Source: Candidatus Campbellbacteria bacterium (GTDB taxonomy: Bacteria > Patescibacteriota > Minisyncoccia > Phycocordibacterales > CSBR16-193). Taken from it: DNA of 52,026 nt. Shown piece by piece: positions 38,730 through 49,567 of this stretch. Numbering within the stretch: the stretch's first letter is position 1; every line of letters begins with the position of its first letter. The translations under genes were made by a program, and so were the position numbers. The notes below the pieces were generated by a model. It made no database searches, had not been told where the DNA came from, and was given only the letters and a program-made list of their open reading frames with translations. The stretch lies in contig SLDR01000016.1 of NCBI GenBank assembly GCA_007125155.1, positions 1 to 52,026 of the forward strand, in the 5' to 3' direction.

Positions 38730-39959
38730 TTATATCTGCTCAAGTAGAGAATACATCGGCATTAACATTGAGATCGCGAAGAATCCGACGGCTACACCGA
38801 TGAACACCATTAAAACAGGCTCAATAATGGTGGAAATATCCTTGGTCCTCTGATCAACTTCTCCTTCAAAGAAAACGGCTACTCCTTTGAGCATCTCGCT
38901 TATCTTTCCGGTTTCCTCTCCAACGCTCATCATTTCACCCACAAAGACCGGGAACAGATGTTCGTTCTCAATAAAAACCCCCGAGATCTGTTCGCCCTTT
39001 TGTATCCTCTCTTGGGCTAAACGAATTACCGGTTTATAGTAAGAGTTCTGAATGACGTCTTCCGTTATCGCCAAAGCCGGCACGACATCAACCCCGGCGG
39101 TAAGAAGTGAGGAAAAAGTTCTCGTAGTTCTTGCGGCATTAACCTCTTTTACTATGGTTTTTATAAAAGGCGTCCTGAGCAAAACGAAGTCAATGAAACG
39201 TCCGCCTTTATCGGTTCTGAAAAAAACCACAGCCGACGCCAGCAATGCCACGAAGGACAAAAAGACCAAAAGAAAATTATTAACAAGCGTATCACTTGCC
39301 CATATTACGGCCTTGGTCTGAATGGGAAGTTCGGCTCCCATATCATCAAAAACATCGGTAAGCGTCGGAACTATATAGGTGAGCATCAAGGCGCCTATAA
39401 TGATCATGATAGCCAAAACGACCATGGGATACATCATCGCTCCGCGGACACGTCTTTTAAGCTCGTAATTCTTTTCCATCTGAAGAGCTATGGTATCCAG
39501 GCCTTCTTCCAGATTCCCGCTTTCCTCTCCGGCGCGGACCATGGCAACGAACATTTTTGAGAAAGACCCGGGAAACTGCTCCAATCCGCCACTTAAGGTT
39601 CCCCCCTCCCTTATCTTGTCCTGCACGGAAACAAGCACTTTCTTCATCTCCGGATTCTTTGCCTGTCTTTCCAGTACCGAAAGAGCTCTGGAGACGGGAA
39701 GTCCGGCCGACAGCATCGAGCTCATGTGTCGTGCGAAGTTTATCTTCTCTATCTCCTTCACGGAAGAGAAAAGGGTGATTTTTTTTGAACTCAATGAACC
39801 GAGCAATCCTTTTCTTTTTGATTTGGAACCGGTGACCGATATAAGCGAATCGCCCCGTTTATGGATCTCTTTGTACAACTTGAGCTTGTCTTCAGCCTCA
39901 AGTGTATCGGTATACTCTTCACCGGATATTTTTTTTGCCTTAAAGGTGTAGGTGGGCAT
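38730..39959 (-). CDS. pilC: Type IV pilus platform protein PilC/GspF
   Basis: AGEESGNL, AMMYP, GEETG and IIEP motifs. Confidence 0.93.
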   Translation of the reverse strand: MPTYTFKAKKISGEEYTDTLEAEDKLKLYKEIHKRGDSLISVTGSKSKRKGLLGSLSSKKITLFSSVKEIEKINFARHMSSMLSAGLPVSRALSVLERQAKNPEMKKVLVSVQDKIREGGTLSGGLEQFPGSFSKMFVAMVRAGEESGNLEEGLDTIALQMEKNYELKRRVRGAMMYPMVVLAIMIIIGALMLTYIVPTLTDVFDDMGAELPIQTKAVIWASDTLVNNFLLVFLSFVALLASAVVFFRTDKGGRFIDFVLLRTPFIKTIVKEVNAARTTRTFSSLLTAGVDVVPALAITEDVIQNSYYKPVIRLAQERIQKGEQISGVFIENEHLFPVFVGEMMSVGEETGKISEMLKGVAVFFEGEVDQRTKDISTIIEPVLMVFIGVAVGFFAISMLMPMYSLLEQI

Positions 39960-40006
39960 CTTAAATAAATTTAAAGATCATAACAATACCACTCACATGG
40001 TCGGTC

Positions 40007-41761
40007 TCATTCATGGGTTACTCTAAGGACCTCCTCTATGCTGGTATATCCCTGTACGGCCTTACATAGTCCGTCTTCCATCATTGTAAGCATTCCTTCT
40101 TTTCTGGCCTGTGCGTCTATCTCATCTGCGGAGGCATTCTTAAAAACAAGCTCTCGAATACTGGATGAAACTTGAAGGACCTCATAAACCCCCAAACGGC
40201 CTCTATATCCGTCTTCACTCTCTTGTGACGGCTTCGGTTTATAAAAAGGGATATCTTTCCAGTTCTTGTTTTTTTCAATAATATTTTGACTTTTGAGATA
40301 TGACAGCACCTTATCAAGATCGACGGTCTTATCAAGTTGCGATATCTCGTCATCATCCATCAAATATTTTTCCTTTACATCCGTCAATTGTCTTATCAAA
40401 CGCTGGGCGATAATAACATTAACGGTCGACATAACAAGAAACGGTTCTACTTCCATGTCGATCAATCTCGGTATGGCGCCCGCGGCGGAATTGGTATGCA
40501 AGGTGGAGAGAACAAGATGTCCGGTAAGGGAAGCATTCACCGCCAGCGCGGCCGTTTCATTATCGCGTATCTCACCGACCATTATAATATCGGGGTCCTG
40601 TCTGAGTAAGGTGCGCAGACCGTTAGAGAACGTCAGGCCTATTTCAGGCTTTACCTGTGTTTGATTTATACGTTTCATCTGATACTCCACCGGGTCCTCC
40701 ACTGTCGATATGTTGACCTCGGGAGTGTTCAATATGTCCAAAACGGTATAAAGAGTTGTTGTTTTACCCGAACCGGTAGGCCCCGTGGTCAATATCATTC
40801 CCGTTGTCGATTTTATGGCATTATGTATGCGCTCAAGTGCGTCACCATGAAAACCCAAACTTTCAAGGCTGAATCCGGAGACCTGTTCCCTTAAAAGCCT
40901 TAGAACTACCTTTTCTCCGTAGTAGGTCGGCAGAGTCGAAACTCGAAATGACACCCTCTCATTATTGAGCTCCGTCTTAAAACGCCCATCCTGAGGAAGT
41001 CTTTTCTCGTCAAGTTTCAAATTGGAAAGAACTTTTATTCTGGCAACGATACTGGAAAGGGCATTTTGAGGGAGAACCATAGCATCACGCAGTATGCCGT
41101 CTATTCTGTAACGAACAATGAGCCTGTCTTCCAAAGGCTCTATGTGAATATCCGAAGCGTTCTGAATGATCGCGTGCTTGATCAATGTATCAACAACCCT
41201 TATTACAGGCAGGTCTTCGGCGGACTTCTTAAGATCCTCTTCGGAAAGGTCGTCCTGATCGGCTTCCGGGACCGTCTTTAGAGAACTTGCCTCCTTCTGA
41301 ATTATGTCACCGAACTCGGCTTTTAAGCTCTTTTGATACTGGAGAAGAGCGTGTTTCACGGACTCCCCGTCAGTTAAGCGTGGAAGGATCTTTAATCCGG
41401 TCTTTTTCTTGATAAAGTCGATCGCCGCCAGATCCTCCGTATCCAACATGGCGACCTCAAGACTGCTTTGACCTTTTTTGCGAAAGGCTATGATGTTATG
41501 ATTGCGCGCGATGGGCTCGGGGATCAATGACAGAACATCGAAATCAAGCTGTTCGTTTTTAAGATCGACAAAAGGTATCCCCAGAACATAAGCCTGAGAT
41601 CGTCGCATATCATCCTCGCTCAATATTCCTTTTTCAACCAAAACCTCGCCAATACTTCTGGTGGTGTCATCAGCCTCGCGCTGCGCTTCGGTAAGATCTG
41701 ATTTTGACACCAAACCCGAATCATAAATGAATTCACGAAGTCTCTCTTCGTTGATCTGCAT
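40007..41761 (-). CDS. pilB: Type IV pilus assembly ATPase PilB/GspE
   Basis: ASDIHIEP, GPTGSGKTT, LRQDPDIIMVGEIRD and STLHTN; start placed at ATG 41761. Confidence 0.94.
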   Translation of the reverse strand: MQINEERLREFIYDSGLVSKSDLTEAQREADDTTRSIGEVLVEKGILSEDDMRRSQAYVLGIPFVDLKNEQLDFDVLSLIPEPIARNHNIIAFRKKGQSSLEVAMLDTEDLAAIDFIKKKTGLKILPRLTDGESVKHALLQYQKSLKAEFGDIIQKEASSLKTVPEADQDDLSEEDLKKSAEDLPVIRVVDTLIKHAIIQNASDIHIEPLEDRLIVRYRIDGILRDAMVLPQNALSSIVARIKVLSNLKLDEKRLPQDGRFKTELNNERVSFRVSTLPTYYGEKVVLRLLREQVSGFSLESLGFHGDALERIHNAIKSTTGMILTTGPTGSGKTTTLYTVLDILNTPEVNISTVEDPVEYQMKRINQTQVKPEIGLTFSNGLRTLLRQDPDIIMVGEIRDNETAALAVNASLTGHLVLSTLHTNSAAGAIPRLIDMEVEPFLVMSTVNVIIAQRLIRQLTDVKEKYLMDDDEISQLDKTVDLDKVLSYLKSQNIIEKNKNWKDIPFYKPKPSQESEDGYRGRLGVYEVLQVSSSIRELVFKNASADEIDAQARKEGMLTMMEDGLCKAVQGYTSIEEVLRVTHE

Positions 41762-42037
41762 GATTAACAGTATAACAAAGAAAAGAGCGGATCGTTCCAA
41801 CGCCGTTGTTGACATCAAAGAATCGAGGAAGTATATTTGTTTCAATGATGTTCGCGGTTTCGCGGACATTGTTCGTTTATAATAAAACTTGTTAGAATTA
41901 AAGAAGTTCTTGGGTTACTTCTCTCAGGACGAATCGAGAAAACGATCTAAAGAGAGTAAAACATCCCGGGTCATTAAAAGTTTCCTCGTTCCGGCCAAAA
42001 ACAAGGCCATTAAGTGTAACGAGATCATTTGAATAAC

Positions 42038-43369
42038 ATGTTCGATCTAAAAGTAATAAACTCGGTTTTAAATCAGCTTGAGGAAGAAAGGGGAATACCC
42101 AGAGAAAAAATAGTGGAAGCCATAGAATGGGCTTTGGCAACCGCTTATAAAAAAGAATATGGAAAAAGAGGTCAGATAATAAGGGCGAAGTTCGATCTAA
42201 ATACCGGATCGGCCGAACTTGAACAGGTCAAGATAGTGGTGGACAAAGACACTGTTGTCTTCGAAGATGACACGACTGATAAAGAGGCCAGAAAGAAAGC
42301 CCTTGAAGAGGGCAAAATAATCTTCAATCCCGAACAGCATATATTCCTTGAAGATGCCAGAAAGATAAAAAGAGACTCTCAGATAGAAGAAGAGATATGT
42401 TTTCCTCTGGATAACGGTAAGGAATATGGACGGATAGCGTCCCAAACAGCAAAGCAGGTCATTATGCAAAAGATACGCGAAGCGGAAAAAGCCTCGGTAC
42501 TGAGCGAATTTGGGGAAAGAGAAGGAGAGATAGTAAGAGGAACGGTTCAACGTATTGAAAGAGGAAACATATTCGTGGACATGGAAAGGGCTACGGGTAT
42601 ACTTCCTTACGAAGAACAGATACCGGGTGAAAGATATCGCCAAGGGGAACGCATACGAGCCTATCTTTACCACGTCGAAGAAAGCCCTCGGGGGGTGTTT
42701 TTAAGGCTCTCCCGCTCCCACCCGATGTTCCTGGAGAAACTTTTCGAAGCCGAGGCTCCCGAAGTGGCCAACAAGGTCATAGAAATAAGATCGATCGCTC
42801 GGGAACCGGGTTCACGAAGTAAAATAGCAACATTCTCACATGATGACAGCATCGACCCTGTCGGCTCACTGGTCGGACAAAGAGGTGTCAGAGTTTCCAC
42901 TGTAATGAGCGAGCTGGGGGGTGAAAAGATAGACATAATCGAATGGTCTGACGATCCTAAGCAGTTCGTGGCCGACGCCCTTTCTCCGGCAACGGTCTTA
43001 AATGTCGAAATAGATGAAGAAAACAAAGAGGCTCATGTGGAAGTTCAAGAAGATCAACAGTCTTTGGCCATCGGTAGAGGAGGTCAAAATGTCCGTCTTG
43101 CGGCCCGGCTGACAGGGTGGAGGATCGACATAAAATCAATTGAGGGAGAATCCGTGGCGCAGGCGGACGAAAAGGGGGATTTCGAGATCCTGGAAGAGAC
43201 AGTTCAGGAGGGTGTCACAAAGGAAAATGAGGATACGGACAATGAAGGTGAAGGGGTTGCAGAGGAAAAAGAAAAAAACGAGGAAACAAAGACAGGAGAC
43301 GTTGAAGAATCAAAAGAATTGGACGAGACGGATAAAAAAAAGAATGACGAAAAAGAAAAAAGTCATTAA
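42038..43369 (+). CDS. nusA: Transcription factor NusA
   Basis: GRIASQTAKQ, AREPGSRSK and AIGRGGQNVRLA; acidic tail. Confidence 0.97.
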   Translation: MFDLKVINSVLNQLEEERGIPREKIVEAIEWALATAYKKEYGKRGQIIRAKFDLNTGSAELEQVKIVVDKDTVVFEDDTTDKEARKKALEEGKIIFNPEQHIFLEDARKIKRDSQIEEEICFPLDNGKEYGRIASQTAKQVIMQKIREAEKASVLSEFGEREGEIVRGTVQRIERGNIFVDMERATGILPYEEQIPGERYRQGERIRAYLYHVEESPRGVFLRLSRSHPMFLEKLFEAEAPEVANKVIEIRSIAREPGSRSKIATFSHDDSIDPVGSLVGQRGVRVSTVMSELGGEKIDIIEWSDDPKQFVADALSPATVLNVEIDEENKEAHVEVQEDQQSLAIGRGGQNVRLAARLTGWRIDIKSIEGESVAQADEKGDFEILEETVQEGVTKENEDTDNEGEGVAEEKEKNEETKTGDVEESKELDETDKKKNDEKEKSH

Positions 43370-43428
43370 ATGCCTTTGAGCTTAATTTAAAAAATCATTA
43401 AATATTAAAAATTAACCAAAAATTGACT

Positions 43429-43959
43429 ATGAATCTATGGCACGATCTTCCGGCCGGAAAAAAGAATGAAATAAATGTAATTGTCGAGGTCTTTAGAGGA
43501 TCAAAGAACAAATACGAAATTGACAAAAAAACCGGTTTAATAGCGCTTGACAGAGTAATGCACACCGCCCAGGATTTCCCTTTCGATTACGGGTTCGTAC
43601 CACAAACTCTATGGGACGATGATGACGCGCTGGATGTCGTTATACTGACAACCTACCCCCTCTATCCGGGTATTCTTGTCAGAACTCGACCTGTGGCGAT
43701 AATGCAAATGATAGACAGCGGGGATCCCGATGACAAAATAATAGCGGTGCCCGCCGACGATCCTCGCTGGAAAGACACCAAAGATCTTTCGGATATAAAT
43801 AAGCATACTCTGAGAGAAATGAAACACTTTTATTCCACATATAAAGCACTGCAGGGAAAAGAGGTTGTGATCAAGGGTTTTAAGGGAAAGAAAGAGGCGG
43901 AAAAGGCGTTTGAAAGAAGTCTGGACCTTTACTCGAAAAAATATCAAAAAGGTAACTGA
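43429..43959 (+). CDS. ppa: Inorganic pyrophosphatase, family I
   Basis: NKYEID, YGFVPQTL..DDDALD and DDK motifs. Confidence 0.96.
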   Translation: MNLWHDLPAGKKNEINVIVEVFRGSKNKYEIDKKTGLIALDRVMHTAQDFPFDYGFVPQTLWDDDDALDVVILTTYPLYPGILVRTRPVAIMQMIDSGDPDDKIIAVPADDPRWKDTKDLSDINKHTLREMKHFYSTYKALQGKEVVIKGFKGKKEAEKAFERSLDLYSKKYQKGN

Positions 43960-44003
43960 CCGACCCTAAGGGTCGCGGTACAAGGATCGATCCATATCAA
44001 AAG

Positions 44004-44036
44004 AACCTCCTTATCGTTAATATGAGGAGGTTTTTT
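44004..44036 (+). terminator. Intrinsic terminator after ppa
   Basis: AACCTCCT-loop-AGGAGGTTTTTT. Confidence 0.7.
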
Positions 44037-44139
44037 ATTATTCCGCGAGGCGAGATGGCGGTCAACACCTTTGGGATAAGATTAAAAGGATGTTATAATT
44101 AATCAGGTCAAAAACGCTTTACAAGCTTAATAAATATAT

Positions 44140-44460
44140 ATGCAAGAAGAAAAAAACGAAGATAAAGAAATTCACACGGAGAATATAAGCGGGAACAAAG
44201 AAGAGAATGTCTTTCATACGGAACGCGAATCCGAAGATAACAAGAATCCCGTTGGCCCTCTTATAGGGATAATCCTTATTATAGTAATAATAGTTTTGGG
44301 TGCGGTATTTTTCTGGACACAAGACAATGCGACCATTCCGGTCGAAGAAGAACCCGTTTTGGATGATGAACTTGAAGATGATGAGGAGGATGAGGAAGAC
44401 GATCTGATCGAAGAAGTTCCCGAAGAACCCGAGATAATCGATCTGGAGTTCGAAGAATAA
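44140..44460 (+). CDS. Small single-TM protein with acidic tails
   Basis: PVGPLIGIILIIVIIVLGAVFFW flanked by E/D-rich regions; TGtTATAAT upstream. Confidence 0.75.
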   Translation: MQEEKNEDKEIHTENISGNKEENVFHTERESEDNKNPVGPLIGIILIIVIIVLGAVFFWTQDNATIPVEEEPVLDDELEDDEEDEEDDLIEEVPEEPEIIDLEFEE

Positions 44461-44491
44461 GAAGAATAATTAAGAGTGTTAATGAGTCAAA

Positions 44492-44528
44492 CCGCCCTTT
44501 CGTTAAAAAAACGAAAGGGCGGTCTTTG
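44492..44528 (+). terminator. Terminator hairpin
   Basis: ACCGCCCTTTCGTT/AACGAAAGGGCGGT stem. Confidence 0.7.
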
Positions 44529-44626
44529 ATCATCAATTACAAAAAACCGTACTTATTTGTGATTTGGGTAATGATAACTCGCGTGATATACTGCGTCAGA
44601 CCTTGTGAATAAATGATAAATAATAT

Positions 44627-45772
44627 ATGAAACCAATAAGTAAAAACATTTCTATCGATCAAAAGGAAAGCTCTGAGGTTGAAATAACCGCGGAGATCCC
44701 CTCTGAAGAAGTTGCTAAACAATACAAAAAAACCTTGGAAGAAGCTCGAACGGATTTCGAAATGGATGGGTTTCGAAAAGGAAAGGCGCCCCTGGAAGTG
44801 GTTGAGAAGAGTATCGGACAAGGTGCCCTTATGCAAAGAACGGCCGAGTCATTAATAAAAGATGAGTATCCCCGAATTTTGAGTAACGAGAAAATATCTC
44901 CCTTAGGTCAACCTCAGGTGACGATAACGAAGATAGCTCCCGAAAACGATCTGGGGTTCAAGATAAAAACAGCAACCATGCCGAAAGTTGAGGTCGGAGA
45001 TTATAAAAAAATAGCAAAAAAAGTATTGGCCGAAAATCCCCTATCTGAAAATCCCGAGATCACCGATAAGGAACTGAACGAGACCTTATATAACATTCGA
45101 GCCAGTCACGTCATGGAGGAAAGGAGGCAGAAGGGAGAGAAGGTTCCCTCACCCGAATCATTAAAAGAAGAAGATCTCCCCACCCTTACGGATGAATTTG
45201 TATCCTCGTTGGGAGAATTCTCTGATTTAAATGATTTCCATACAAAGATAAAAGAGCATCTGTCGAGACAGAAAAAAGGCAAAGAGCAAGAAAGATTATG
45301 GACTCTTATTCTTGAAGGGATCGTGAACGAATCAAAAATTGACTTGCCGGCAATACTTGTTGAATCAGAGCTTGATAAAATGATGGCCCAATTGAAAGAC
45401 GATGTGGAACGTGCCGGATTGCAGTTTCCTGAATATTTATCGAAGATAAAAAAGACCGAAGAAGAGATCCGTTCCGAGTGGAGAGAGAACGCCAAAAAAA
45501 GAGCACAGACCCAATTGGTCCTAAATGAGATCGCTTCCAAAGAGAGCATCACGCCCGATCCGGAGATCGTTGAAGCTCAAACCAAAAATCTTTTGGAACA
45601 TTACAAAGAAGCTGACCCGGAAAAGGTCAAAACGTTCGTGGCTTCACAAATGACAAATGAAAAAACACTTCTATTCTTAAGCTCACTAAATAATAAAGAA
45701 ACTGAAATACCGGAAGAGAAAAACTCGGATGAAATAAAGGATAAAAACGAAAAAAGATCGGAGAAAAAGTGA
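44627..45772 (+). CDS. tig: Trigger factor lacking the FKBP domain
   Basis: GFRKGKAP ribosome-binding loop and C-domain; lies upstream of clpP. Confidence 0.9.
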   Translation: MKPISKNISIDQKESSEVEITAEIPSEEVAKQYKKTLEEARTDFEMDGFRKGKAPLEVVEKSIGQGALMQRTAESLIKDEYPRILSNEKISPLGQPQVTITKIAPENDLGFKIKTATMPKVEVGDYKKIAKKVLAENPLSENPEITDKELNETLYNIRASHVMEERRQKGEKVPSPESLKEEDLPTLTDEFVSSLGEFSDLNDFHTKIKEHLSRQKKGKEQERLWTLILEGIVNESKIDLPAILVESELDKMMAQLKDDVERAGLQFPEYLSKIKKTEEEIRSEWRENAKKRAQTQLVLNEIASKESITPDPEIVEAQTKNLLEHYKEADPEKVKTFVASQMTNEKTLLFLSSLNNKETEIPEEKNSDEIKDKNEKRSEKK

Positions 45773-45936
45773 TACTCTATCAATAACCGGGTGTGTCCTG
45801 ATAAAAATATCACGAACACCCGTTGATCTCCCTCGATCAGGTCTTCTCGGTAAACCCTTAAAAGGTTGATCTTTAAGAAATGTTTGTTTAAAAAAGATGT
45901 TGTGTTATATTTAAGCAATAATCTCGGACCAGACCT

Positions 45937-46515
45937 ATGTTGATACCTACCGTTATAGAAAAATCCCAGTTCGGAGAGCGAGCTTATGACATTTACTCAC
46001 GTCTTTTGCGTGAGCATATAGTCTTTTTAGGGGGAGTCATAAATGACAATATGGCCAATACGGTAATAGCCCAGCTATTATTCCTTCAGTCTGAAAATCC
46101 TCAAAAAGACATCCAGCTATACATAAACTCCCCCGGAGGATCGGTAACATCAACCCTTGCGATGTTGGACACCATGAACCACATCAAAAACGACGTGTCC
46201 ACCGTTTGCATAGGTATAGCCGCCTCGGGAGCGGCCATAATATTGTCAGCCGGAGCAAAAAACAAAAGATTTGCTCTTCCGAATTCCGAGATTATGATAC
46301 ATCAGCCTTGGGGCGGTGCAGAAGGCAGAGCTTCCGATATAGAGATCACCGCTAAGCACATAATAAAAACAAGAGAAAAGCTGAATAAGATCCTGGCCAA
46401 AAATACCGGAAAAGCACTGTCCGGCATCGAAAAAGATGTTGACAGGGATTTTTTCATGTCTTCGGAAGAAGCAAAGAAATACGGAATAATAGACAAGATA
46501 TATTCCGGCAAGTAA
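45937..46515 (+). CDS. clpP: ATP-dependent Clp protease proteolytic subunit
   Basis: [23 protein letters not shown] and DRD motifs. Confidence 0.98.
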   Translation: MLIPTVIEKSQFGERAYDIYSRLLREHIVFLGGVINDNMANTVIAQLLFLQSENPQKDIQLYINSPGGSVTSTLAMLDTMNHIKNDVSTVCIGIAASGAAIILSAGAKNKRFALPNSEIMIHQPWGGAEGRASDIEITAKHIIKTREKLNKILAKNTGKALSGIEKDVDRDFFMSSEEAKKYGIIDKIYSGK

Positions 46516-46789
46516 AGAGATGTCTTTGATCGCGAACCTTTAGACTCAAAAGACACTTTTTAAGGGGCTGTTTTTGTAAAAAGGATCAAACACGTCTTAA
46601 GTTCTTGTAAAAAGAAGTGCATTTAAAAAAGTGCAAGCATTTTATAACCAAGCTTGTTTGAAGTAGACGAAAAACCCTCTTTTTCGTTTTATACCAAGCA
46701 ATTGATCCAAGGTCGGTTCCGTCGGGGCAGATCTTAAATGAATCGAGATCCTTGAGACGACAAAGCAAGCCGAAAATTAAAATAATTTC

Positions 46790-48319
46790 ATGGAAATACA
46801 AATAATCTTGCTCCTACTGGGGGTTACGTTGATCACGGGTGTAGCTTTCGGATACTTTCTTCGTTGGATAATTTCAATGGGAAAACGTGGCTCAATGGAG
46901 CTAAAGATAAAACAAATGATGCTTGAGGCTCGCGATGAGGCTAAAAAAATAGTCTCCGAAGCCGAAAAAAAATCAGAAGAGATCCTCGAAAACGGCAGAA
47001 AAGAAATAAAGGAGAAAGAAAAACAGATCAAAAGATCCGAGGACCGTATCATAAAAAAAGAGGAATATATCGACCAACGTCAGATCGACCTGGACAAAGA
47101 AGAAGACCTGATAAAAGAAAAAATGGCTCAGGCTGAAGCCATAAAGGCCGAGGCTGAATCTTTGGATCAGCAAAAAGTTGTAGAACTCGAAAAAATAACG
47201 GGTCTCAGCAAAGATGAGGCCAAGGAGGAGCTCTTGGCGCAAATGGAAAAGAACGCCGAAGAGGATCTCTTGGTTCGGATGCGCAAATTGGAGAATATCG
47301 GCTCCGAAAAACTTGAAAACAGAGCCAGAGAAATACTTACCAGCGCAATTCATCGGCTTGGCAACTTTGTTGCATCCGACGTAATGTCGACAACGGTATC
47401 CATTCCATCTGATGAAATAAAGGGAAAGGTCATAGGCAAAGAAGGACGAAACATAAGAGCCTTTGAACGTGCGGCCGGGGTCGAAATAATAGTTGATGAC
47501 ACTCCCGGTTCTATCACAATATCCTCTTTTGATCCGATAAGAAGACAGGTGGCCCGAATAGCCTTGGAGAATCTGATCCTGGATGGAAGGATCCAACCGG
47601 CCAAAATAGAGGAAGCGGTTGATACTGCTCAAAAAGAGATAAACCGGATAATTAAAGAAAAGGGAGAGCAGGCCGTTTACGAATGCGGTATTTATAATCT
47701 CGACCCGAAACTGGTATCTCTTTTGGGAAGGCTATACTTCAGAACAAGTTACGGGCAAAATGTTCTTCAACATTCCATCGAAATGGCCCACATAGCCGGA
47801 ATGATCGCCGAAGAACTCGGTGCAAATGTTTCTGTTGCCAAGACCGGTGCGATCCTTCACGACATTGGAAAAGCGGTGGACCATGAAGTCGTGGGGACAC
47901 ATGTTCAGATAGGTCGCCGAATACTTCAAAAATTCAATGTAAACGAAGATATAATCAAAGCAATGCAGTCTCACCATGAGGAATATCCCTATGAGACCAT
48001 TGAATCGATAATAGTTCAGGTGGCCGACTCAATATCCGGGAGCCGACCGGGAGCAAGAAGGGACACCGTGGAAAATTACCTTAAAAGATTGAAAGAACTT
48101 GAATCCATAGCCAACTCCTTCGAGGGTATAGAGAAATCCTTCGCTCTGCAAGCCGGAAGGGAGGTCAGAGTATTCGTAACCCCGGAGAAGGTAAGTGATC
48201 TGGAAGCTAAAAAGTTGGCACGAGACATAGCTCTAAAGATAGAACAGGAGCTGAAGTACCCCGGAGAGGTTAAAATTAACGTAATAAGAGAGACCCGCGT
48301 CACAGAGTACGCGAGATAG
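46790..48319 (+). CDS. rny: Ribonuclease Y
   Basis: N-terminal TM, coiled coil, KH (GKVIGKEGRNIR) and HD (LHDIGK) domains. Confidence 0.97.
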   Translation: MEIQIILLLLGVTLITGVAFGYFLRWIISMGKRGSMELKIKQMMLEARDEAKKIVSEAEKKSEEILENGRKEIKEKEKQIKRSEDRIIKKEEYIDQRQIDLDKEEDLIKEKMAQAEAIKAEAESLDQQKVVELEKITGLSKDEAKEELLAQMEKNAEEDLLVRMRKLENIGSEKLENRAREILTSAIHRLGNFVASDVMSTTVSIPSDEIKGKVIGKEGRNIRAFERAAGVEIIVDDTPGSITISSFDPIRRQVARIALENLILDGRIQPAKIEEAVDTAQKEINRIIKEKGEQAVYECGIYNLDPKLVSLLGRLYFRTSYGQNVLQHSIEMAHIAGMIAEELGANVSVAKTGAILHDIGKAVDHEVVGTHVQIGRRILQKFNVNEDIIKAMQSHHEEYPYETIESIIVQVADSISGSRPGARRDTVENYLKRLKELESIANSFEGIEKSFALQAGREVRVFVTPEKVSDLEAKKLARDIALKIEQELKYPGEVKINVIRETRVTEYAR

Positions 48320-48488
48320 TTCGATCGGTCATTTTAGTACATAAATACGTTGCCAAATAAGCCTTATAAGGTATATAATTATATTAGGTGTAAATAAATT
48401 AATAGTTTTACGCCTACTTTTAAACGCGGCGACACAATTAACCGCGTAAGGTCGAATACAAATAAGTCTAATTAAAAAATCCAAAATT

Positions 48489-48767
48489 ATGAACAAACAA
48501 GGACTTGTAGAAGTGGTACATGATAAGATCGGAGGCACAAAAACTCAATCTGAAGAAGTAATGGAAACCCTGATCTCCACCATAACTGACTGTCTAAAAA
48601 AAGGAGAAGATGTTTCCATTGCCGGCCTCGGTATCTTCTCAACGAAAGAACGTCAGGCGCGTCAGGCGCGTAATCCTCGCACCGGTGAGACAATAAACGT
48701 TCCGGCAATGAAAGTACCTAAATTTAAACCCGCCAAAGGTTTGAAGGATGCCGTAAGAAATTCATAG
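48489..48767 (+). CDS. hup: HU family DNA-binding protein
   Basis: MNKQGL, GLGIF, ARNPRTGE and PKFKPAK motifs. Confidence 0.95.
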   Translation: MNKQGLVEVVHDKIGGTKTQSEEVMETLISTITDCLKKGEDVSIAGLGIFSTKERQARQARNPRTGETINVPAMKVPKFKPAKGLKDAVRNS

Positions 48768-48783
48768 ATTTTTAAAAACTAGG

Positions 48784-48820
48784 TATCAAAAAAACCCCTA
48801 TTTTAGGGGTTTTTTTGATA
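48784..48820. terminator. Bidirectional terminator between HU and tRNA-Gly
   Basis: TATCAAAAAAACCCCTA-TTT-TAGGGGTTTTTTTGATA. Confidence 0.85.
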
Positions 48821-48842
48821 TCCTTTTATTTGAATTTTTGTG

Positions 48843-48913
48843 TGCGGACACGGGGAATCGAACCCCGATCTCGGCCATGGCAAGGCCGCGTCATACCATT
48901 AAACTATGTCCGC
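48843..48913 (-). tRNA. tRNA-Gly(GCC)
   Basis: GCGGACA acceptor, CGGCC-TTGCCAT-GGCCG anticodon arm, GTTCGATTC T-loop; CCA not encoded. Confidence 0.95.
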
Positions 48914-49288
48914 AATACTCTTTTAACAACGAACCGTCCGGATGCGATCAAGCGGTTAATAAAAATTAATTGACCAAATTCAATGTTAACAAAAAACACG
49001 TTCTCTAGCAATTTCTTTATGCATTTGATCATTAGAGATCAAATTTTCAAAAACAATAAGGACCCGGTGTTCATCGAAATTTCATATCTTAAAAAACAAA
49101 CTTCGATCACTTATGAAACTTCCATTTTCTCTGATGGAAAAGATAAATAAAAATAAAATAAAGTTCGGTATCTATTTCCAAACATACCAAACCGAAAACG
49201 ATCATCACGGCGACGGGAATAGACAGACATAAGGATCGGACACCTTAAAAAATAAAAGACCGTTGGGCATAAACTGTGGACAAAATGT

Positions 49289-49567
49289 TCACATTCCGAC
49301 AAGCCGGTCCAACGAATCCCGGCCATTCATTTTGTTCTTTTTTTCAAACCCGCAGTTCGTACACCTATGCTTTATCCATTTTTCAGAAACGGAATAGTGA
49401 TACTCTACAGGCCTCATTAGCCCCCCGCACGATGACATTCTGTCACCGGGATCGATGTCGACATGCTTGCTCCAAAGACATTTGGGACAGTGGTTTGTGT
49501 AGCCATCGCCTTGAACGAATTCGTTGCAGTTCTCACATTCAAAATTTTCGATTCTTTTTTTAAACAT
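49289..49567 (-). CDS. RNHCP domain zinc-binding protein
   Basis: CENC..TNHCPKCLWSKHVD..PGDR..CGGLM..HRC..CG. Confidence 0.9.
   Translation of the reverse strand: MFKKRIENFECENCNEFVQGDGYTNHCPKCLWSKHVDIDPGDRMSSCGGLMRPVEYHYSVSEKWIKHRCTNCGFEKKNKMNGRDSLDRLVGM

Noticed and set aside
41762-42037. Switch in gene orientation as a possible replication origin
   Set aside because: No DnaA boxes seen; divergent pilB and nusA promoters explain it
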